Below are positions 29,895 to 38,770 of a stretch of 64,000 nucleotides of DNA, one piece after another. Origin of the DNA: a phage. The stretch is from sequence record PZ445527.1; one strand, written 5' to 3'. The number at the start of each line of letters is the position of its first letter. The stretch's first letter is position 1. The notes under the pieces were generated by a model. It was not told where the DNA came from and searched no databases. It worked only from the letters and a program-made list of their open reading frames with translations. The position numbers and the translations under genes were made by a program.

Positions 29895-30132
29895 TATTAT
29901 AGTTGCTTTTATTATCGGGATAATCGCGGGAGTTTTCGGAATGACTGCGGCTATTAACAAGCATCGCAAATATATTGCGGAAGTATCGCGGGAGATTGCG
30001 GAAAGGGAGCGGAGGTTTGATGAGAAGCGTGCGGAGTTTGAGCGGGAGTGGAATGATGGTTCTCGGGCGTCGCGGAAGAGATTCCGTGAGTTCAGACCAG
30101 AACACAGGTTTGATGACCCTTCTATGCGCTAA
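29887..30132 (+). CDS. small membrane protein (81 aa) with Arg/Glu-rich cytoplasmic tail
   Basis: N-terminal TM helix; overlaps preceding ORF. Confidence 0.5.
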   Translation: MFSIIVAFIIGIIAGVFGMTAAINKHRKYIAEVSREIAERERRFDEKRAEFEREWNDGSRASRKRFREFRPEHRFDDPSMR

Positions 30133-30243
30133 TTGACTTTTGCCAAATTCTTTGGATTACGTACGCGTGGGTGTGCTCACTACCTCCGGCGAAAATACTT
30201 AGTCTCCTAACCGCCACCCCCGTTACTATTATCATGCTAACTG

Positions 30244-30280
30244 TTTCACCCTGCAACCATTTTAATTGCAAGGTGAAACA
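30244..30280. terminator. long hairpin between convergent genes (candidate bidirectional terminator)
   Basis: GTTTCACCCTGCAA-ccattttaa-TTGCAAGGTGAAAC, 14-bp stem with one mismatch. Confidence 0.5.
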
Positions 30281-30296
30281 ATTTCAACTTTAATTA

Positions 30297-31031
30297 TTAT
30301 GCGACTTTTAGTTTCTCAATATATTGTTGCGGGCTGCAACTATATTCTGCGCGTTCTTCCTCGGTCATACTTTCCCAACATAATTGCAAACGGTCGGCTA
30401 GGAACTGATAATCATTATCATCGTCGAGAGATTCATCGATAAAGGTTTCACCTATCAATGTAACGCCGATTGATAGAATATCGTTAACGGCTTGCGCGTC
30501 CAGCGTTTTAAATCCGTATGATGCCGCCGCCGCCAATACTCCTTTATGGTCGTCGATCATCGTGAAATCAGCGTTCGGATATAGCTGCTTAAATAACTCA
30601 AAATAATGGCTTTTATATATAGCGTCTTTACTGTGGTATATTTCGCTAACTTTATCAGCTTCAAAATATTTATGTAGTGTATCGCGGGAAAATACACGGA
30701 TATTACTATCCCCACGCCCTCGCAGTCCTTGCTTGCGTAGGTAATAATAATCTGATTTGCTCATTAGTCGAGCGGTGCAAATAATGTTTAACGTGTTGGC
30801 GTCATTCATGCATTGGCGCATATATGTAACAAGCGGCAATAGTGTGTCTTGCATTATTAAATCATGTTTACACGCTTCATTCTTATACTTATTTAGATCT
30901 AGATTGCCCTCACTATCAAAGCAAGGCGCTACGCGATGGAATGAATTAACGACCGTGCCGTCAAGATCCCAAATCATGACGCGGGAAATATGCGGGAAAT
31001 TACGGGTAATATTCGTTTTAACTTGATTCAT
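30297..31031 (-). CDS. dmp: 5'-deoxyribonucleotidase (HAD family), T5 Dmp-like
   Basis: 244 aa; HAD motif I WDLDGTVV; size matches T5 Dmp. Confidence 0.8.
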   Translation of the reverse strand: MNQVKTNITRNFPHISRVMIWDLDGTVVNSFHRVAPCFDSEGNLDLNKYKNEACKHDLIMQDTLLPLVTYMRQCMNDANTLNIICTARLMSKSDYYYLRKQGLRGRGDSNIRVFSRDTLHKYFEADKVSEIYHSKDAIYKSHYFELFKQLYPNADFTMIDDHKGVLAAAASYGFKTLDAQAVNDILSIGVTLIGETFIDESLDDDNDYQFLADRLQLCWESMTEEERAEYSCSPQQYIEKLKVA

Positions 31032-31105
31032 TTTGTTACGTTCTCCATTAAAGGGATTAAATTAAATTAATTCAGCCCACTGGATGGGCTGGACTATTCC
31101 AGCTA

Positions 31106-31501
31106 TTAAAGGCCAGACGCTAACGCATCAGCGATGACGGTAATATCTTCGCCCGATACGCTGGAACGAATCCCCGCACAAGTATATACTTTTGCGCTCG
31201 CTAGCTGGTCATCAAGGCAAGCGGGGCAAGGCGTGACAACTGCAAAGGCTAACCCTGATTTCACCGCGTCAATAATGGTCGTTTCCTGCTTCATCGTGTC
31301 AATGTAAACGCCTTTCGCCTTGATGCGGCTGGATAGTTTGCCCGTGGTATAGGCGAAAGTAGTGATCTGTAGCGCCTCATTAAACTCGATTAAATCATCG
31401 ACAACGTGACCGGCCTCAACGTGATACCGCTCACCATTAGAATAAACCAGAACGATAGAAGACTGAGCGCGATCGAATGGAATACGGTTAGAAATAGCCA
31501 T
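31106..31501 (-). CDS. hypothetical pre-early protein
   Basis: 131 aa ORF between dmp and A1. Confidence 0.5.
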   Translation of the reverse strand: MAISNRIPFDRAQSSIVLVYSNGERYHVEAGHVVDDLIEFNEALQITTFAYTTGKLSSRIKAKGVYIDTMKQETTIIDAVKSGLAFAVVTPCPACLDDQLASAKVYTCAGIRSSVSGEDITVIADALASGL

Positions 31502-31570
31502 TTTTATAACTCCAATTAATTTAATAAACTTTTATAGGGGCGGTATATTTCAACCGCCAACCTGATTTAT

Positions 31571-33235
31571 TTACGCAAAAAATTTACCGTTCTTAAAGTC
31601 GATCAAAGTGCGCTGACCGTTTGCATAGGTAATTAAATGCGTTTGCGTCCAGCTTGACGCGCCAACGTTGTAACCCATGTCCAGACTACCAGCCACGCCG
31701 GCGGTATATACCCCGCCGTAAATGCTGGCGGTATGAGTGTGCCCCGTGTTTAATTTGCCCAATTTCTTAAATTGCTTCGGATTGCCGCGGCTCCCGTTTA
31801 TGCCATTGTGACCGTGTACGCCGCACTCAATGCCTGCAATCTTGAAAGATTGGTCAGTCGTTAGAAAAATGGCGTTAAATTCACAACCTGCAACCTTGCG
31901 CAACGCATAATCAAGCACGTTGAAAGTATCGTCTTTTTCTGCAATAGCTCCGTAAATTGCAGCATTAAGGCGGTGATATAGTTCCGCGTTCGCTGGGTCG
32001 TCTTTAATGTTAGCATTACGATCATCAAGCCAACGGGATAGCGCCAAATCGTGATTCGATTCAACAATGATTGTTTGAGAAAAATCGCGCTCCATCGATT
32101 CCAGCACGCGACCGGTATCGATAAGATCATCCAGAATTTTATCACGTCCAGCGGCGTACTGTTTTGCTAGGAATACACCGCTGGCGCGATTGTGATGGTT
32201 GCGTGATGTAAAATCATGCACGTCATGCACGAATTGATATTTTGGTTTAAGAATATCAAGCAAGCTATTTTCGCCAGCCCATGACGCTGCGGCGCAATCG
32301 TCATCTAATTTTTCGGCGTGTATGTCACCATATTGCAAGCCTAAAACATGCCCCGACGTTTCATAGCATCCGGCGGGAGTGGCGCAAATATTCAAATCGT
32401 AAAACACGCCGCTTTCATCCATCGTTTCAAGCTGGCGAACAAAAAATTCTCCGTCTTCGTCGAACTCGACAACAAGCGCGCCAAAGTTATGCAGCGCCTC
32501 CGCTTTCTGTCCTGCTTTCTGCTGGATGTAATTTTTTAGCGTTGCCGTTCCGGTTGAATACATACGGCGCACTACTTCACCTTTTAAAGCTGGAACGCTT
32601 TCGGCGGTGATTTTAGCCGCTCCAATTGCCAGACCTTCAAGATTAAGCGCGGTTGCAGTTTCAGCGAATCCAGAAAGCGGATAGTCTGCGGTAGGTAAAA
32701 CGTTAATTTCAGCCATGAAAGCAAAGCGGCGGTTATTTAAAAATACATTCTTATTGCAGATATATTTGTCAAAAGCGGAATCATATTTGATTCCGTTGGC
32801 GCCCTCGCCATTTTGAAAACCGTTTTTGTTATAAATAAACTTGCTAACCAGCAAATCAGCGCCGATAAATTGGGCATATTGCTCCAGTGAGGCCAAAAAG
32901 TTTTTATGCGGGAACGTATTATTCTGAATCGATGTAATAATAAAGCGTTTTCCCTGCTTTACTTCCCATTGCTCGATCGTGCTAGAAATAACTCCAGCGG
33001 CTTCAGGGCGGTCATCGTTTTTTATGGCTTTTGCTACTTTCGCCGCTTTTGGTTTCGCTGGTTTATTTGCTTCCAGCCAGTCACAAATCGCAGTGGAATG
33101 TTTTGCAGTATCGTAAACCGCTTTTGATATATCGTCGCATACTTCCAGCTTAGTAGCGCGCAGACGTTTACCGTAGAAATTGAAATCAGCGGCAAGGTTG
33201 AGGATCTGGGTTTGTTTTTCTGCGGAAATAACCAT
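31571..33235 (-). CDS. A1: A1-like pre-early protein (calcineurin-like metallophosphoesterase / nuclease)
   Basis: 554 aa; metallophosphatase motifs GDIHAE, HDVHDF, ESNHD, GHTH. Confidence 0.8.
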   Translation of the reverse strand: MVISAEKQTQILNLAADFNFYGKRLRATKLEVCDDISKAVYDTAKHSTAICDWLEANKPAKPKAAKVAKAIKNDDRPEAAGVISSTIEQWEVKQGKRFIITSIQNNTFPHKNFLASLEQYAQFIGADLLVSKFIYNKNGFQNGEGANGIKYDSAFDKYICNKNVFLNNRRFAFMAEINVLPTADYPLSGFAETATALNLEGLAIGAAKITAESVPALKGEVVRRMYSTGTATLKNYIQQKAGQKAEALHNFGALVVEFDEDGEFFVRQLETMDESGVFYDLNICATPAGCYETSGHVLGLQYGDIHAEKLDDDCAAASWAGENSLLDILKPKYQFVHDVHDFTSRNHHNRASGVFLAKQYAAGRDKILDDLIDTGRVLESMERDFSQTIIVESNHDLALSRWLDDRNANIKDDPANAELYHRLNAAIYGAIAEKDDTFNVLDYALRKVAGCEFNAIFLTTDQSFKIAGIECGVHGHNGINGSRGNPKQFKKLGKLNTGHTHTASIYGGVYTAGVAGSLDMGYNVGASSWTQTHLITYANGQRTLIDFKNGKFFA

Positions 33236-33332
33236 AATAATAAAACTCCATTAAAGGGATTAAAAACGTTTGTTATTGGCAAATATTGCCAGATATAACG
33301 CCTCAAATAATAGGCGTTATAATTTGCAATAT

Positions 33333-33548
33333 TTAACTAATTGGCATTAGGCTAGAACTAACCCCACAAGCAATGGCGGCTATTAAACAAAGTAAGCCCA
33401 ACCGCTTTGCTAATTTAGCTTTACGCTTAAAATAATACGAATCCAGATCATTTTGGAAGTATGCAAATAATAATGAGGCCGCCATAATAAATAAGCCTAG
33501 AATGAGGGATTCAGTAGGGTAAAAGACCATTTTAATAACTCCAGTCAA
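33333..33548 (-). CDS. small membrane protein
   Basis: 71 aa, two predicted TM helices. Confidence 0.4.
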   Translation of the reverse strand: MTGVIKMVFYPTESLILGLFIMAASLLFAYFQNDLDSYYFKRKAKLAKRLGLLCLIAAIACGVSSSLMPIS

Positions 33549-33586
33549 AGGAAATTATAGCGGGGAATATTCCCCGCTAATTAAAT

Positions 33587-33994
33587 TTATTCGCCTGCGG
33601 CTTGTTTTACTTCATCGGCAACGCCTAACAGCTGCGCCACGGCGTCCAGCGTTTCTAATTTTGCGCTTTCCAGGGATGCCAGATCGTCAACGTCTTTGAT
33701 AATGCCGGAATCAATGGCATGTTTTGCAATAACGCGCACGTAATGCGCTTTGCGGATAGAACTACCGCCGCCAACTTTGCGCGGCTTATCGCTTTTCTGA
33801 TACGCTTTCGCGCTGGTCAATTTTGAGCGAACGGACACGGGAGAAGTCGCGCCAACTGCTTTTGCAATTTCTCTCAGGCCGTCGCTGTTGGCGAACTCCA
33901 AGCCGTTCTCATTGATTAGCTGTTGATACATGGTAACAGCCTGCTGGGTGTTTTCTTCATTCCAAGAGAATTTTGCGGTTTTAACGTTAGTCAT
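33587..33994 (-). CDS. A2: A2-like pre-early DNA-binding protein
   Basis: 135 aa; position upstream of A1 as in T5. Confidence 0.65.
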   Translation of the reverse strand: MTNVKTAKFSWNEENTQQAVTMYQQLINENGLEFANSDGLREIAKAVGATSPVSVRSKLTSAKAYQKSDKPRKVGGGSSIRKAHYVRVIAKHAIDSGIIKDVDDLASLESAKLETLDAVAQLLGVADEVKQAAGE

Positions 33995-34090
33995 GATATA
34001 AACTCCAATTAATTTAATTTAAGGGATAAGATTAACACAATGTTAATCGTTATATACCCCGAACTGCTGGGGTATATAAAGTTAACACTA

Positions 34091-34342
34091 TTACGCTACA
34101 GCTTCCCATTTTTCGTTACGTTGAACAACCTTTACAACGTCGCCGGATTTAACGCGAACGTTATAAATAGTTTTCCCGTTGTTACTCCGTTCCGTTTCAG
34201 CGTAAACCGCATCAATTACATCAAACGGCATAAGCGACGCGCCTTTAATGCGTTCGGCTTTTCCGGTTAGTTCATCCGTTTTAGTAACGAAAGGAATGAA
34301 GACGGATTGACCAATTTTCGGCGCATTAGTAACGTTTTTCAT
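34091..34342 (-). CDS. hypothetical pre-early protein
   Basis: 83 aa ORF upstream of A2. Confidence 0.45.
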   Translation of the reverse strand: MKNVTNAPKIGQSVFIPFVTKTDELTGKAERIKGASLMPFDVIDAVYAETERSNNGKTIYNVRVKSGDVVKVVQRNEKWEAVA

Positions 34343-34569
34343 AGTATAAACTCCAGTTTATTTCGTGGATTGTTCCGCATTACCTGCTAAAAAGTAACAG
34401 GTAATAAGAAAAAATCCGCTCGCCAATATAATCAATTTAAAGAACTCCACTCAGGCCGCTATATCCCGTTAGGGGGCGGGGCACATTTTGGCAAGTACCG
34501 GCCGTCAAATTGTATCAAGTTATCGCTCTTATCGAACTGGGTACATCTTAAAGCCTATCGGCTAGGGTG

Positions 34570-34773
34570 TCAAACTATTTTTTGCAGTTTTTTATGATTT
34601 TCCTTCAGGTCGATCATAATATTTCGCCAGATCATTTCTAGACCTTGCTGGCGGCCTTTCTTGTACTGCTTAAATCGATATTTTACCGATCTTTGCGCTA
34701 TTGTCAATAGCTTTCTAGTATTGCCATCCAGTTTTTTGGCTGGTTTACCAGTGACTAATAAAGTTTGTTTCAT
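34570..34773 (-). CDS. hypothetical basic protein
   Basis: 67 aa Lys/Arg-rich ORF. Confidence 0.3.
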   Translation of the reverse strand: MKQTLLVTGKPAKKLDGNTRKLLTIAQRSVKYRFKQYKKGRQQGLEMIWRNIMIDLKENHKKLQKIV

Positions 34774-35446
34774 ATCTGCGATCCCTTATAATGTAATAAG
34801 TTTGCCGCCGATAGACTTTAAGATATACCCAATTTTTAAAGAGCGCGGCGGTAAACTTCCCGCCGTGTAGTTCGTCATTGCCGCCCTACGAGATAAATAA
34901 TAACAAATGCCAAAAATGGCGCAACCTTATTTTTGTAAAGAAACGTAAAGAAAGCAAATACTCGCACCGCGTCCGGCGATTGCCCAAGTTTAAAGGAAAC
35001 GGGCGCGCGGATACCATAAAATCCAGCAGATAGGCAAGTAATTTTTTCATTTATATTTGCCTTGCCCTACTTGATTTTTCTAGAATCCATCAGGTGACGA
35101 TAAACGGGCTATCCCTTTATGATGGGATACCTGAAAAATTTACCTCGTTGTAGGACGTTTTAGGCCGCTTATTTTCGAGTTAACAAATATTTAACAAAAG
35201 CAAAATTGAAAAATAGTTGTAAAAGGTATTGACTTTTAAAAATCAAGATTAAACGAGTTATTTTATAAAATTAATTAATTGACTTTTATTTGTTGTTGTG
35301 TACTAGAAAGATAGCAGACTAATAATTACTAGAATGATAATCATGCTGGTGGATTGTAACAGCCTGAACCATTAGCAGACTACTAATTCCGGAAAATCTC
35401 ATTAGCCAACTAACTATTTCCTGAGTTATAATATAAACATAAATTA

Positions 35447-35600
35447 ATGAGAAATAATAACTATAAAAATAATCACCATTATAATAATAACTATAAAAAT
35501 AATAACTATAAAAATAATCGCCATTATAATAATAATTATAAAAATAATCGCCATTATAATAATAACTATAAAAATAATCACCATTATAATAATAACTATA
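35447..35600. repeat. tandem direct repeats, about 26-27 bp unit, about 5.5 copies
   Basis: unit ATAATAA(C/T)TATAAAAATAATC(A/G)CCATT repeated head to tail. Confidence 0.85.
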
Positions 35601-35639
35601 AGAAACTATCGGTCTAAGTGAGAATCACTATCATTTAAG

Positions 35640-35721
35640 TTATTCACAAAGTTATCCACAGCACAAAATGATTTGACACGATAGGCGGCGATATAAGGGC
35701 TTATCCACAGACTTATCCACA
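35640..35721 (+). promoter_or_regulatory. cluster of DnaA boxes
   Basis: TTATTCACA (35640), TTATCCACA at 35652, 35701 and 35713 (three perfect consensus boxes), all same orientation. Confidence 0.75.
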
Positions 35722-36041
35722 GGTTTTCCTACTGTATAAATATACAGGGTAAAAAGGTAGTGTTAACGACTGCAATCAATTTTAAGCGGCCTAAATCGCT
35801 TTCTAACGAGCTAAATGATGCGGGGTAATATTAAAGTAAAGCCTCCACCCGTTGCCCTGGGTGAAGGGTATTGATATTTCTACTTTTACCGTTAACAACG
35901 AAAACGAGTAATAATTAACCTAATGTAAAGTTTTGTAAAGGTCGCCATAATCGGTGGCTTTTTTGTTATAATGCCCCTACACCGTTTGAGGACGGTTGAA
36001 AATTTTCCCAAAAAAATTTTGGAGGCTTAAAATGGTTGCGT

Positions 36042-36262
36042 ATTCTTCTTCTGACGCTCTTTTCACTGGAAAAGGCTGGGTATCAAATCGCTGGATCATT
36101 CAAGAAATGGTGCGGGAGTTCGGCATTGCTAAAACTTACACTACCATTCAGGCGCTTTATGATAATGATCAAATCGATCAGCAAACGGCGGGCTTTTTGC
36201 TGGATACCCTGAAGGCGGAACATTGTACTAAAAAACAAGCCGCCAAAATTGCTTTAATGTAA
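36042..36262 (+). CDS. hypothetical protein (73 aa)
   Basis: RBS GGAGG 6 nt upstream of ATG 36042; first gene of + strand cassette between inverted DnaA-box arms. Confidence 0.5.
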
Positions 36263-36304
36263 CTAATAACGGGGCGTTATTTTCGCCCCACTAACTAGGG
36301 GGGA

Positions 36305-36457
36305 ATGAAAATGGTTATTTTTCGATCAATTCTGGCGGGTATCTTGGGCGCTGTTTTATCACTTTTTGCCATAGCTTTCGGCGTTCACGCGGTTATTGTT
36401 GGCGCGGGTATCGCCGTTTTTTCTTATTTGCTGGGCTGCATGAGTAAAGGGGAATAA
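36305..36457 (+). CDS. small membrane protein (50 aa)
   Basis: two hydrophobic helices; G-rich RBS. Confidence 0.4.
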   Translation: MKMVIFRSILAGILGAVLSLFAIAFGVHAVIVGAGIAVFSYLLGCMSKGE

Positions 36458-36459
36458 AA

Positions 36460-36672
36460 ATGATCCGCAACGTTTCTCTTGCTCGTTCGAAAGGCTTTAA
36501 GCTGGTGGACGTTAACACGTTCGAGCGGGAAGATTGTAAAATTGAATATATAGCACGGAATAAAAACGCCTTCCGTGTTACTGAAAAGAAATTCGATAAG
36601 CGCGGCAACGTGATCGCTGAAACGGTTAGACACTTTGCCACCTTTTACGCGGCCTTTCGTGGGGTACTATGA
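36460..36672 (+). CDS. hypothetical protein (70 aa)
   Basis: ORF tightly packed after previous gene. Confidence 0.5.
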   Translation: MIRNVSLARSKGFKLVDVNTFEREDCKIEYIARNKNAFRVTEKKFDKRGNVIAETVRHFATFYAAFRGVL

Positions 36673-36794
36673 AAAGCGTTGTTATTGTTATCCTTGCAAT
36701 GGTTGGCGGTTTTACCGCCACCTTATTTAAGAATGATCCCCTTTCATTGGGGATTTTTATGCTTTTATCTGGTTACCTGATTGGGAGGTTATAA
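36669..36794 (+). CDS. small membrane protein (41 aa)
   Basis: ATGA start/stop overlap with previous ORF; TM helix. Confidence 0.4.
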   Translation: MKSVVIVILAMVGGFTATLFKNDPLSLGIFMLLSGYLIGRL

Positions 36795-36795
36795 A

Positions 36796-37140
36796 ATGGT
36801 AATTTATGAAGGCAATCGCTTTGTTACTAATTGCCGCCCGGCATTGTTAGCAAACTACTTAAACCAGCTTTCTCCTGAATATAAGGGCGTTGTTAATATT
36901 TACGAGGGAAAAGCGCATTATAAGATTAATGCGGTCGTTGCCCGTGAACTAGCGTTTCAATTTTTGACCTTTGCATCTTGTGATATTCAGGTCATGGGGG
37001 AGGCGTTAATCGCAGAAAATGAAAATGATTTTATTAATATTTTTCGCAAAGTATGCACCGAGCGCCTGATAATGAAAGGCGCATATATTCAATCCACTGC
37101 GGATAGTATTGAAACAGCGTTTCGAAAGGTGGCACAATGA
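36796..37140 (+). CDS. hypothetical protein (114 aa)
   Basis: RBS GGGAGG then ATG 36796. Confidence 0.5.
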   Translation: MVIYEGNRFVTNCRPALLANYLNQLSPEYKGVVNIYEGKAHYKINAVVARELAFQFLTFASCDIQVMGEALIAENENDFINIFRKVCTERLIMKGAYIQSTADSIETAFRKVAQ

Positions 37141-37155
37141 AATTATATATTTTCG

Positions 37156-37434
37156 TTGGTAATAGTAAGGCAGCTAATGATTCCGCTGGGGGCGATAACG
37201 TTCGCCACTATTGGCAAAAATATATTTACTAGGGTTATTATGAGCAATAAAATTATTATAACTAAAACTACCACAATGGTAGACGTTTTTTACGTGCCCG
37301 ATACGCCGGAAAACCGGCAAGCGGTCGAGCGGGGTGATTATGGTAGCGTTATTTATGATGCCGATGGCTATTATCGGCATTTGGTCGATTCCTATGGGGA
37401 AGAGGAGAAGATCACGCATCGACTACCAGACTAA
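37156..37434 (+). CDS. hypothetical protein
   Basis: 92 aa ORF, start uncertain. Confidence 0.35.
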   Translation: MVIVRQLMIPLGAITFATIGKNIFTRVIMSNKIIITKTTTMVDVFYVPDTPENRQAVERGDYGSVIYDADGYYRHLVDSYGEEEKITHRLPD

Positions 37435-37469
37435 TAATAACGGGGCGCAACTATCAGGGAGTGCCCCCA

Positions 37470-37507
37470 ATTCTCAAATGAGAATCATTCTCAAATGAGA
37501 ATGATTC
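37470..37507. repeat. overlapping near-perfect palindromes TCAAATGAGAAT(C/G)ATTCTCATTTGA
   Basis: dyad symmetry read directly; flanked by GGGGCGC...GTGCCCC inverted repeat. Confidence 0.8.
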
Positions 37508-37747
37508 TCATTTGACCGCGCCCGCGATGGTTAGCCTGCTAATGATTAGGGTGTTACGTGTCGCCTTGTGTGATCGTTAGCTCGCTAACTAATTTTCAAG
37601 CCTCCTCCAATTTTGCCCTTGTTTTAGTATCCCCGCCAAAATTAAACGCGTTAGAATGCGATTCAGGACGTTTTAGCGGTATATTAGAATTATTCACTGC
37701 ATAGGAATACTGTATAAATATACAGTAGAATAACCTGGGGATAAGTC

Positions 37748-37816
37748 TGTGGATAACGCTTCAAAATGGCTAGGATTCTGTCAAGTCAAATCGTGCTGTT
37801 GATAAGTCTGTGGATA
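37748..37816 (-). promoter_or_regulatory. DnaA boxes in inverted orientation
   Basis: TGTGGATAA at 37748-37756 and 37808-37816 (reverse complement of TTATCCACA), preceded by palindrome TACTGTATAAATATACAGTA (37708-37727). Confidence 0.75.
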
Positions 37817-37839
37817 ACTTAAATAACAGTGTTTCTCAC

Positions 37840-38047
37840 TTCCGTTTTTAAATGCGAATCATTATCATTCGTATTCCACTATCTAACCGATAATCATTCC
37901 ACTTTTTAAATGAGAATCGTTTCACTTCTTGAATAGTTCTCATTCCCTTTCTTAAATGCGAATAATTATCATTCGCATTTCACTTTTTAAATGAGATTGA
38001 TTCTCATTATCATTCGCATTCAGGCGAGCAGGGCAATTGCCCTGCGC
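37840..38047. repeat. array of AATG(C/A)GAAT...ATTCGCATT palindromic motifs ending in perfect 18-bp palindrome GCAGGGCAATTGCCCTGC
   Basis: repeated TTTTTAAATG(A/C)GAAT units and dyad-symmetric AATGCGAATAATTATCATTCGCATT. Confidence 0.75.
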
Positions 38048-38050
38048 TTT

Positions 38051-38276
38051 TGTGCAAATCCGACATCTGCTCCAAGGGTTACGTGCTGGCGTGTATGTGC
38101 AAATCCGACAATTTTTGGTAGTGTGCAAATCCGACCCGAAAAATTTTTATAGTGTGCAAATCCGACGACGAATCTGTCTCCCAAAAACTCCAGCAATCAC
38201 GAACTGCGTTCGAATCCTGTGGGATATGTGCAAATCCGACATGGTTTTTCTAGGATTAAGATGTGCGAATCCGACA
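38051..38276 (+). repeat. six direct 14-mer iterons GTGCAAATCCGACA (one variant GTGCGAATCCGACA)
   Basis: copies at 38051, 38097, 38123, 38154, 38228, 38263; irregular 25-75 bp spacing; same orientation. Confidence 0.85.
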
Positions 38277-38605
38277 AGATTTTTGTGACTTCGATTGAAG
38301 GGTGTGTGATTGTGTGGGTTTGAGGAGAAGATGAGAGAGCGAGAGAAATTTTGGGACTAGAAGGATGTGGGCGCAGGATTGGTGCGGAGCACCTGATTTG
38401 CGGGGATTTTGGGGAAGATGTGGGATAATTTGGGAAGATTTGAGATAGGTGCAGAAAAAGTGAAATTTTATTAGCAAAATGGGGCAAAATAGCTTGACAA
38501 GTGAAAATTTCTGTGGCTCTAAAAACTCAGGCAATCATGGGCCTTCGGCCCGAAATAATGCTGCTATTTTCAGGAGAGTAGGAGTTCCTAAAAACTTAGG
38601 CGTTT

Positions 38606-38654
38606 GTGCAAATCCTACCATAAATTTCTAGAATATCAATGTGCAAATCCGACA
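38606..38654 (+). repeat. two further copies of the 14-mer iteron
   Basis: GTGCAAATCCTAC (38606) and GTGCAAATCCGACA (38641). Confidence 0.8.
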
Positions 38655-38694
38655 GTAATTTCTGGAAATGTGTTTTCGAAAAATGTCTCCTAGA

Positions 38695-38770
38695 AATAAC
38701 CGCCCTCCCTATAACCGCCCTATATTAACCGCCTATTGCTAGAGTTTCTAGGAACAATGAAAACCGCCTG
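38695..38770 (+). repeat. four direct AACCGCC heptamer repeats
   Basis: ATAACCGCCCTCC, ATAACCGCCCTAT, TTAACCGCCTATT, AAAACCGCCTGAG. Confidence 0.6.

Noticed and set aside
35447-35600. Possible CRISPR array suggested by regularly spaced direct repeats
   Set aside because: Units are contiguous AT-rich tandem repeats with no unique spacers and no cas genes nearby; this is a satellite or iteron array, not CRISPR.
38197-38534. Two overlapping - strand ORFs (38197-38487, 38256-38534) with Pro/Ser-rich products
   Set aside because: Generated by the purine-rich, iteron-containing non-coding tract; no RBS, low-complexity composition, overlapping frames.
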